A DNA stretch of 64,000 nucleotides from Bdellovibrionales bacterium (GTDB lineage Bacteria; Bdellovibrionota; Bdellovibrionia; Bdellovibrionales; JAUICD01): positions 32,001 through 96,000 of the forward strand of contig OZ241865.1 of NCBI GenBank assembly GCA_965203275.1, given 5' to 3'. This document shows positions 1 through 8,404 of this stretch, piece by piece. How positions within the stretch are numbered: position 1 is the first letter of the stretch; the number at the start of each line of letters is the position of its first letter. The translations under genes and the position numbers were made by a program. The notes under the pieces were generated by a model. The model was given only the letters and a program-made list of their open reading frames with translations, made no database searches and had not been told where the DNA came from.

Positions 1-3000
1 GTATCTTTCTTCCATCAAACTTTTTCTTTAAATTCTTTCGGATGTCTGATGGAGAACTATTAGAAGAAAGTACTTTTGGTTCATTTGATACTGAAAAGAT
101 TTGTCCTGACTGATAATGTCGTCCGCTTGACACACGACGATCCACATCTACAAGAGCCAAAATAGTGGCTATCCTGAAATCAGCAGACGGTTTTAATTTA
201 TCTATAAATTGATCTATAGCACCATCCTCTTCAGTTAGCTTTGTCATAAGATCATCTACACTACCTGATGGATCAAGTACAAACAAAATATCTGTTTTGT
301 TAAGATCCTTTTGTGTTATGGACTGTGTGTGTCTTTGATACTGGGGTGGTTTTCTTTTTTGACAAGTGACTGAGTTTCGGCCTCCATGGTATCCATCACA
401 TCGCCATCTATGATGAGTGCTTGTATCAGCAATAGCCCTAGCATTGTACCAACCTTTAAGACATTTATTTCTACGAGCATTGTTGCACACTCCATCGATG
501 GGTTTTCTTTTTTGACAAGTGACTGAGCGACCTCCATGGTATCCATCACATCGCCATCTATGAAGTGTGCCTGTATCAGCAATAGCCCTAGCGTTGTACC
601 AACCTTTAAGACATTTATTTCTACGAGCATTGTTGCACACTCCATCGATGGGTTTTCTTTTTTGACAAGTGACTGAGCGACCTCCATGGTATCCATCACA
701 TCGCCATCTATGAAGTGTGCCTGTATCAGCAATAGCTCTAAATGTGCCTGTACGACACTTATTTGGGCGAGCATTGTTGCACACTCCATCGATGGGTTTT
801 CTTTTTTGACAAGTGACTGAGCGACCTCCATGTTGTCCATCACATCGCCATCTATGAAGTGTGCCTGTATCAGCCACAGCTCCAGCATTAACTCTACCTG
901 CATAACATCTATTTTCGCGAGCATTGTTGCACACTCCATTGATGGGTTTTTTCTTTTGACAAGTGACTGAGCGACCTCCATGCTGTCCATCACATCGCCA
1001 TCTATAGTCAGCACTTGTATCAGCCACAGCTCCAGCATTAACTCTGCCTGTGCGACATGTATTTTGGCGAGCATTGTTGCACACTCCATTGATGGGTTTT
1101 TTCTTTTGACAAGTGACTGAGCGACCTCCATGCTGTCCATCACATCGCCATCTATAGTCAGCACTTGTATCAGCCACAGCTCCAGCATTAACTCTGCCTG
1201 TGCGACATGTATTTTGGCGAGCATTGTTGCACACTCCATTGATGGGTTTTTTCTTTTGACAAGTGACTGAGCGACCTCCATGTTGTCCATCACATCGCCA
1301 TCTATAGTCAGCACTTGTATCAGCCACAGCTCCAGCATTAACTCTGCCTGTGCGACATGTATTTTGGCGAGCATTGTTGCACACTCCATTGATGGGTTTT
1401 TTCTTTTGACAAGTGACTGAGCGACCTCCATGTTGTCCATCACATCGCCATCTATAGTCAGCACTTGTATCAGCAATAGCCCCAGCATTGGCTCTGCCTG
1501 TGCGACATGCATTTTGGCGAGCATTGTTGCACACTCCATTGATGGGTTTTCTGAGTTGACAAGTGCCTGAATTTTGACCTCCATGTTGCCCATCACATCG
1601 CCATTTATAAAGTGTGTTTGTATCAGCCACAGCCTCATCATTGGCTGTACCTGTTTGACATCTATTTCTCTGAGCATTGTTGCACTGTCCAGTAATTGGT
1701 TTTATGAATTGACAAGTCTCTGAGTTTTGACCCTCATATTGTCCATCACACCTCCATTTATAATGTGTGTCTGTATCTGCCACAGCCGTTGGATTAGGTG
1801 TGCCAGCAGAACACTCATTTTGGGCATTATTATTGCATGACCCATTAAGAGGTTTACCTTTCTGACAATCTGTAGCAGTTGTTCCTCCATGCTCCCCTTC
1901 ACAATGCCATTTATAAAATTCTTCTGTGTCTGCTATGACAGCATCATCAACATCACCTGCAAGACATCCATTTCTTTGAGCATTGTTACACTGTCCGTTA
2001 ATTGGTTTTATGAATTGACACGTGCCTGAGTTTTGACCTCCATATTCTCCTTCACAATGCCATTGATAATATGTGTCTGTATCTGCCACAGCCGTTGGAT
2101 TAGGTGTGCCAGCAGAACATCCATTTTTGACATTGTTATTGCAGGCACCATTAAGGGTTTTATCCTTCTGACAGTCTGTAGCTGTTGTTCCTTCATGTTC
2201 CCCTTCACAATGCCATTTATAAAATTCTGTTGAATCTTCTGAGGCCTCATCATTGACTTGGCCTGCAAGACATCCATTTCTACGAGAGTTATCACACTGT
2301 CCATTGATGGGTATTCTCTTACTGCAATCTGTGGCTGTCTCTCCATTGTTGACCCCCACACAATGCCATTTATAAAATTCTTCTGTGTCGGCTATGACAC
2401 CATCATCAGCATCACCTGTCACACAACCATTTCTAAGAGAATTGTCACATTGTCCATCTATACTTCTATCAGAAACAAGACCTGGACGATCATTATTATT
2501 TGTACTTGCTAATCCAATACTCTCTGAACAAAAATGTTGCCCCATACTTTCTTTCAGAGAACCAAAATAACAAAACCCACTTTGAGCTGGGCAATAATTG
2601 TAATATTGATAAGATGAGTCAATGTGATCTCCTGAAGAAATCCAAAATTTAACAAGAGTCCTCTGACACTCTTTATTTGAACTTAAACTAATATCTATAG
2701 AACCTTGACAATTTATTGAAGAACGCTTTCTATTATTGAGCTGAAATTCGCATTTGTCGGCATTTTTAATATCTAAATTTAAAATTTGGGTATTTCCTCT
2801 AGGCCTTCTATATTTATAAATATCATTGTTTTCTAGCACTACAGCTATGTCCTGACCATCATCTGTTATTTGAAATGGATTGATGTAGGCCTGCAGATTT
2901 TCTGTCACTTGAATTTCTTTTTTTCTATAGACCAGACATCCTGCTGAATCCACAGCAGAGACTTCAATGATCAAAGGGCCTGATGGCTCCCCTGTCAGGT

Positions 3001-3679
3001 CTATAGTCAATGTTGCACCATTAAAAATTTGCTCCCTAGAAGGTAATGTAACTTTCCACGTGATATCTGTAAAATCAGAAGCATCTCTCAAGGTCAAAGT
3101 GGCAGAAGAATCACTGGTGAAAGAACCTGACTGAAGCTCTATCTCTAATATATTTTCTAAATGACATTCTGCCCCGACCACAATCCGCTTAATGGATTGA
3201 GTCAATGAATCAGAAGAACTTCCTTGGTGGGCTGTGGCAAATAAAATGTAACTTCCTGTTTGTGTGAAGCGATGTTGATACTCATTTTGATTTGTGATTT
3301 GAGAGTCTACAATACTTTCAAAACCTCTTGTAATAGTCCATTTAAAGTTATCTGCGTTAGGATGAACATGTCTCATTTTGAGATAGACATCTGCATTGAC
3401 ATCAAATCTATCTTTGGGCATACCCTCGCCCTCTGAGGATAAGTAAGCAATGACTTGACCTTTTTCATAAGACAAAGATGAAGGTGCCTCGGGATTTTCT
3501 GGTTCTTGTGAAGTGGTGCTGGTAGATATGGTTTCAGACTTACAGTTTTGAAATACGACCACTAAAAAGCCAATGCAAACCAAACCTATAATATATAGAC
3601 CTTTAAACTTGCTTCTTCTCACATGTATATTACGTACAAAACTGTTTGAATGATCTTGTATTTTCTTAAAAAATTTCAT
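1..3679 (-). CDS. Large predicted lipoprotein/adhesin: FQNC lipobox-like N-terminus, ~14 Cys-rich ~50-aa repeats, C-terminal VWA domain; runs off the window start (3' partial)
   Basis: Manual translation from ATG at 3679 (MKFFKKIQ...GLVCIGFLVVVFQNCKSE); the frame reads open in every segment I translated, including the window start; repeats like PINGVCNNARQNTCRTGRVNAGAVADTSADYRWRCDGQHGGRSVTCQKKK; DILFVLDPSGS MIDAS-type motif near 265-300. Absent from the ORF track because it has no stop in the window. Confidence 0.85.
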   Translation of the reverse strand, partial: MKFFKKIQDHSNSFVRNIHVRRSKFKGLYIIGLVCIGFLVVVFQNCKSETISTSTTSQEPENPEAPSSLSYEKGQVIAYLSSEGEGMPKDRFDVNADVYLKMRHVHPNADNFKWTITRGFESIVDSQITNQNEYQHRFTQTGSYILFATAHQGSSSDSLTQSIKRIVVGAECHLENILEIELQSGSFTSDSSATLTLRDASDFTDITWKVTLPSREQIFNGATLTIDLTGEPSGPLIIEVSAVDSAGCLVYRKKEIQVTENLQAYINPFQITDDGQDIAVVLENNDIYKYRRPRGNTQILNLDIKNADKCEFQLNNRKRSSINCQGSIDISLSSNKECQRTLVKFWISSGDHIDSSYQYYNYCPAQSGFCYFGSLKESMGQHFCSESIGLASTNNNDRPGLVSDRSIDGQCDNSLRNGCVTGDADDGVIADTEEFYKWHCVGVNNGETATDCSKRIPINGQCDNSRRNGCLAGQVNDEASEDSTEFYKWHCEGEHEGTTATDCQKDKTLNGACNNNVKNGCSAGTPNPTAVADTDTYYQWHCEGEYGGQNSGTCQFIKPINGQCNNAQRNGCLAGDVDDAVIADTEEFYKWHCEGEHGGTTATDCQKGKPLNGSCNNNAQNECSAGTPNPTAVADTDTHYKWRCDGQYEGQNSETCQFIKPITGQCNNAQRNRCQTGTANDEAVADTNTLYKWRCDGQHGGQNSGTCQLRKPINGVCNNARQNACRTGRANAGAIADTSADYRWRCDGQHGGRSVTCQKKKPINGVCNNARQNTCRTGRVNAGAVADTSADYRWRCDGQHGGRSVTCQKKKPINGVCNNARQNTCRTGRVNAGAVADTSADYRWRCDGQHGGRSVTCQKKKPINGVCNNARQNTCRTGRVNAGAVADTSADYRWRCDGQHGGRSVTCQKKKPINGVCNNARENRCYAGRVNAGAVADTGTLHRWRCDGQHGGRSVTCQKRKPIDGVCNNARPNKCRTGTFRAIADTGTLHRWRCDGYHGGRSVTCQKRKPIDGVCNNARRNKCLKGWYNARAIADTGTLHRWRCDGYHGGRSVTCQKRKPIDGVCNNARRNKCLKGWYNARAIADTSTHHRWRCDGYHGGRNSVTCQKRKPPQYQRHTQSITQKDLNKTDILFVLDPSGSVDDLMTKLTEEDGAIDQFIDKLKPSADFRIATILALVDVDRRVSSGRHYQSGQIFSVSNEPKVLSSNSSPSDIRKNLKKKFDGRKI
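350..2460 (-). repeat. Intragenic tandem repeat, ~150-bp period (one ~141-bp unit), ~14 units
   Basis: gatgggtttt recurs at 791, 941, 1091, 1241, 1391, 1541; units from ~950-1500 are almost identical. Confidence 0.95.
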
Positions 3680-3842
3680 TTTTAAAATACCCAGAATGTC
3701 TTCAATTGATACATACCTGTTAATAATATCGGTAAGAATAAAACAAAACTTAAGTATTAAAAAAAAATAAAGCACCATTATTTGAATTGTTTAATTATGT
3801 CTTTATTTTTTACACAGAGATTTATTTTCTCTAACAGGGTGT

Positions 3843-4524
3843 TTATCTGGGATCTGGGATCCGGGATCAGGCAATCTGGCATCCCGGGATCCGGCATCCG
3901 GGATCCGGGATCCGGGATCCGGCATCCGGCATCCGGCATCCGGGATCAGGCAGTCAGGCAGGGATGAAGCGAATAGCTTGTTTCCTTAACATTTCACTCA
4001 AAATGCATCATGCCTTTCTTTCACTCAAAATGAGCCACACCTCTGGTGTGTTTTTTGATGTTGCCTGCAAAGGCTTTCGCCTTTGACAAAATGGTCATTG
4101 TCTCATTTGATTTGCACTAAAAGTAAACTGACCTCTGGTCACTTTCTGGCGATGACCACGACGGCTCTCGCCGTCGATAAAATGGTCATCGCCTAGAAAG
4201 CCTGTTCACTTTGAGTAAGAAGGAACCCTTCGTTTCTTAACACGATATTAAGGAAACAGAGTTTCATTTGTAGACCCGCCTGCTCCTTAAAAACATTTTA
4301 GAAGCATATCTTGTTTCCTTAACATGCTGTAAAGGAATAAAAGGATCCTCTCTACTTAAAATGAACAAGCTTTTGAGGTAGCCAGCCTTTGATCGACGGC
4401 GTGAGCCGTCGGGCTGGCTACCCAAAAGTGGCCAGAGGCCAGTTCATTTTGAGTGAAATGTTAAGGAAAAAGTTCAGTTTTAGGGCCTGTTGCCGGATGC
4501 CGGATCCCGGATAAATACCATGTT
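3843..4524. repeat. Cluster of structured ~150-bp palindromic elements plus GGGATCC/GGCATCC heptamer array
   Basis: Heptamers 3846-3950; element copies with TTTCCTTAAC-N5-GTTAAG, CC-AGA-GG hairpin and AGTGAAA terminus; head-to-head pair ~4113-4458. Confidence 0.9.
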
Positions 4525-4540
4525 ACAGTCAGTGATGATA

Positions 4541-6427
4541 TCAATCATCAGGCCAGGCTTCGACTGCCCGTTTTCTTTCAATGACACGCTCTATGTATTG
4601 ATGATAGACTTGTTCTTGGATATTTATTTTAGGTTTACTGTTCTCTTTAAAATTTTCTAGTTTGAGGCGTAGGGAATTATTAGATGATATCTCACTTTCT
4701 AGGATTTCAAGTTCTCTTTGTTTGCTCCGCCCTAATAGATTTTGTCTTTTGCATTGGCTTTTTAATGTTATACCGATATCAAGATTATAACAGTCATTAT
4801 AAAGCCTAACATCATTTCTTGTAAGGCAGTTGTTATAAAGAATAACATTAAAATGAGTAGGATCTAAAAGAGAGACATCTTGACCTGATTTAAAAACATT
4901 ATTCCATCTATCCAATGTATAGGCCATAATGCTATTATATTGAATACTCTCAAGATTATTATTATTTGTTGAAGGATTCACACTGATATATTCACTATCT
5001 ACTCCAATATCCTCTCCAGTATCCTCAAATATCGGAAAAGACATAGCATATTCATCTTCTAATCCAAAGATATGAAGTAGTTCATGAAGCATAGTAGGAC
5101 ACTCTATATTGCTTGGATATTCATCAAATCTTGCCATCATAAGATTAGGAAGAGTTATAGTTATTGTGTGTGCTGGAGTGCAAATATCTTTCTTTTCATA
5201 AGCGTCTTCAAGAACAATTTCTAGCTTTTCACCACGTGGTCCTAACATCTTAGGATTTACTTGATTTATACACTGCCTTGCTTTATTTAAAAAATGTGTA
5301 TGGATATGGTGATCATACGCTTCTGATACCTCTTGACTGTCTGAGCCTGAAAATCCATGAGGATCGGTATTGTGAGGATCAGCATGAGGATCAGCATGAG
5401 GATCAGAAGGAGCTATAGAGGTGAATTTTATAGGTACAGATATTTTATAGTGATTATTATTTTCTTTTTTAACAATGTAATTGGCAAAGTCACCTACTTT
5501 TTCTCTTTCTTCACCAATTGAATACTCACTACACAAGAGATGATCATTGATTTCATTTAGAAAACTTTGAGTATCACTTAAAATTGTTTCCTGGCTTAGG
5601 CAACTTTCAACTGTTTGAGGATTATGTTGTATCTGTGCTGTCAGTAAAGACAGACGTCTTTGGATCACCCGATTGTTCGTCAATATATTTTGGCATATAG
5701 GATGATTGCTTTCCTGCTGACAACGACCTGGTATAGATAATTTAAAAGAAGGATAAGCTTCATAACTTCTATAACGATAACGACGACTTGGACCTTCTTT
5801 GAGAAAACCTATCATAGCTTTTAAACAAGCATCTCCCATTCTTTTTAATTGATCCAATGCCTGATTAGATTGCTGTGGAGAACCATAGATTAACATTTGA
5901 GCCACATCAGGATGGCGACATATATCACATCCTGCATCAAAGAGAGTTTCGACCTCATTTACCAGGCTTTGATCAAGAGAGTCCACAGGTTTATAATTAT
6001 CAGGATATAAAATACGACTGGCTTGATGTTGTAATAGTTGCTGTTGTATATTTATAATCATAGGTTCTATTTCTTGTAAACAAGATTCATCATAAGTGGT
6101 TGGTTCGTTAAGTGATCTCCGATCATTTGTACATAAGCTTGCTATTTTATCGTTTAAGTAGTTATTTATCCACTCTTTATTTTCACGATCTGACTGATTT
6201 AGCCATTGCTTAGCACGTTCTAAAAAAGATGACCTGTTGATCATTCTTCTATTATTATCAAAAAGAATAATAAATTTTTGGTTGTAATCATTAAAGTAAT
6301 GAATGGTGACCCTTTGATTATTTTCTACACTAGAGTCTACCTGTGTGGAGGAGGATATTATTTGAGAATTAGCAACAGTAATATAAAATATAATTAAAAG
6401 AAAATATAATAATCTATATGTTTTCAT
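4541..6427 (-). CDS. Secreted zinc metalloprotease-like protein
   Basis: 628-aa ORF, signal-peptide-like N-terminus, HELLHIFGLEDEY zinc-binding motif followed by SIMAY Met-turn-like motif; short DPHA repeat. Confidence 0.75.
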   Translation of the reverse strand: MKTYRLLYFLLIIFYITVANSQIISSSTQVDSSVENNQRVTIHYFNDYNQKFIILFDNNRRMINRSSFLERAKQWLNQSDRENKEWINNYLNDKIASLCTNDRRSLNEPTTYDESCLQEIEPMIINIQQQLLQHQASRILYPDNYKPVDSLDQSLVNEVETLFDAGCDICRHPDVAQMLIYGSPQQSNQALDQLKRMGDACLKAMIGFLKEGPSRRYRYRSYEAYPSFKLSIPGRCQQESNHPICQNILTNNRVIQRRLSLLTAQIQHNPQTVESCLSQETILSDTQSFLNEINDHLLCSEYSIGEEREKVGDFANYIVKKENNNHYKISVPIKFTSIAPSDPHADPHADPHNTDPHGFSGSDSQEVSEAYDHHIHTHFLNKARQCINQVNPKMLGPRGEKLEIVLEDAYEKKDICTPAHTITITLPNLMMARFDEYPSNIECPTMLHELLHIFGLEDEYAMSFPIFEDTGEDIGVDSEYISVNPSTNNNNLESIQYNSIMAYTLDRWNNVFKSGQDVSLLDPTHFNVILYNNCLTRNDVRLYNDCYNLDIGITLKSQCKRQNLLGRSKQRELEILESEISSNNSLRLKLENFKENSKPKINIQEQVYHQYIERVIERKRAVEAWPDD

Positions 6428-6854
6428 TACCTAGTCCTTGTTATACTTTATAAGAAGACATTATACCGTATATCAATAAACTATAAATGTCAAGTGCTAT
6501 TACATATATTTTTATCGGTATCGGCAAAAATAAGCTTTCATTTGATCTGATCAACGGCGATAAGCCGTCGGGTGTAAGAAGAGAATTCCCCCCCCCCTTC
6601 CTGGGTTTGATAGCCAGAAAAATAAAGTTGTGAGATTTCAGTAGGTTATAAGAGTAATAAGATTTTGTGCCACTACAATGTGAGCTTTTTAAACCTAAGA
6701 AATTATTGTACATTATATCAGTTTTATTGATGATTTGCTTCTTAAGATATATTTGACACAAGTTGAGTATGCCTTTCTTAATGACTTCCAATATAGATGG
6801 ATCATAATAGCGTTACACCTTTTTCCAAATAGCTTATTCATAAAGGACTTGAAT

Positions 6855-7328
6855 TTATGAATCTTTTTTATCTTTATCAATTTTTTTATATTTTCTTTTC
6901 TCTTTTATCTTTGGTATAAAGTTCTTTATTTTTATTCTTTTCTCTAGCTTTTTACTATCATCCATAATCTTTTTGTTAATTATTTCATTCTGGTCAATTT
7001 CATCGCCTTCAATATCACCATGCCTTGTCATAAAATCGCCCATAGCGTCTATAAAGCTATCCTTGTCAATATCAATATATCTTGATGCTAAAATGACAGT
7101 CAAAAAAAGACTCTCAAATCGACCGTGTTTTCTAAAATAATCAAAAGCCTCTTCAACACTCAGTGAAGTATTTCTTGGAGTATCAATAACTCTTTTCATA
7201 TCTTTATAAATATTCTCAATACCATAGCCAGTATGATCACTTAAAAAATTTATAAGACCATCAAGTATTTCAAATAAAAATTTTGCTTTAAGTTGGCTTG
7301 TTTCTTTTTTATTCATAAAACCCTCCAT
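6855..7328 (-). CDS. Hypothetical protein
   Basis: 157-aa ORF; GGAGG upstream of an internal ATG (MNKK) suggests start at ~7316; Lys-rich tail. Confidence 0.6.
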   Translation of the reverse strand: MEGFMNKKETSQLKAKFLFEILDGLINFLSDHTGYGIENIYKDMKRVIDTPRNTSLSVEEAFDYFRKHGRFESLFLTVILASRYIDIDKDSFIDAMGDFMTRHGDIEGDEIDQNEIINKKIMDDSKKLEKRIKIKNFIPKIKEKRKYKKIDKDKKDS

Positions 7329-7514
7329 GTTAGTTTATGTTTCTAAGTTGATTTCTTTTTATAGGATTATTTTTTGAAAAAAGCAAAAAAAAAGATATCC
7401 ACATCCATAAATCAACTCAATACAAGGCATACAAAGCCGATTCAAAGCATCTTAAACGAATACGAACCTCTCGCTGTCGATATGCTTGACTATCATATCC
7501 TTTTTTAAGGCAAG

Positions 7515-8400
7515 GTGTTTATCCGGGATCTGGGATCCGGGATCCGGGATCCGGGATCCGGGATCTGGGATCTAGTTCCAGAGTATTGATTGTAATGAAT
7601 TTTTTCATCTAAAAAATTTCCTCCTGAGCCCTGGCGGGTTTAAAAAGAACTTTTTCCTTAACATTTCACTCAAAATGAGCCACACCTCTGTTTCCCTAAA
7701 ATTGAACTAGCCTCTGGCTACTTTTGGACAGTTAGCCCGACGGCTCTCGCCGTCGATCAAAGGCTAACTGTCTCAAAAGCCTGTTCAATTTTAGGAAGGA
7801 GGATGTCCTCATTTCTTAACACAATGTTAAGGAAAAAGATTTCCTTCTGACATTTGCTCTGACAGCTATCGCTGTCTAAAAAGAGCAATGCCTCAAAAAT
7901 CTGCTCATTTTGAGTAGAGCGGATCTCCTTGCTTCTGACACCATGTTAAGGAAACAAGATATGCCTCTAAAATCTTTTTGGGAAGCAAGCGGGTTGCAAT
8001 AAATGAACTTTTTCCTTAACACCGTGTAAAGAGAGGAGAGGATCCTCCCTACTCAAAGTGAACAGGCTTTTGAGGCAATGACCATTTTGCCAATGGCGAA
8101 AGCCATTGCGGTCATTGCCCAAAAGTGACCAGAGGTCAGTTCACTTTGAGTGAAACAGAGGCTGGTTTACTTTTAGTGAAACAACCCGGGATCTGGCAAC
8201 CGGCATCAGGTCCTAAAACTGAACTGTTTCCTTAACATGGAGTTAAGGGACGAAGGGATCCTCCTTACTAAAAGTAAACGGACTTTTGAGGTAGCCAGCC
8301 TTTGATCGACGGCGGTAGCCGTCGGGCTGGCTACCCAAAAGTGACCAGAGGTCAGTTTACTTTTAGGGAAACAGCCCACTTTTAGTGAAACTTAGTGAAC
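7515..8400. repeat. Cluster of structured elements plus heptamer array
   Basis: (GGGATCC)n 7521-7572; four element copies; ends ...agtgaaacttagtgaac next to gyrA stop. Confidence 0.9.
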
Positions 8401-8404
8401 CAAC

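Noticed and set aside
900..1560. Near-identical repeats as a diversity-generating retroelement TR/VR pair
   Set aside because: Differences are not evidently adenine-specific, repeats are in-frame tandem units, and no reverse transcriptase is present
316..2570. ORF-track entries 316-1677, 1702-1902, 2008-2361 and short plus-strand ORFs
   Set aside because: Shadow frames of the Cys-rich repeat gene 1-3679, kept open by the repeat structure
6441..6791. 116-aa ORF
   Set aside because: Composition looks non-coding and it spans a poly-C tract and repeat remnant
8226..8372. Element as hammerhead ribozyme, riboswitch or tRNA
   Set aside because: No CUGAUGA core, no T-loop/anticodon cloverleaf, and no consistent position relative to regulated genes; an Rfam search is still needed
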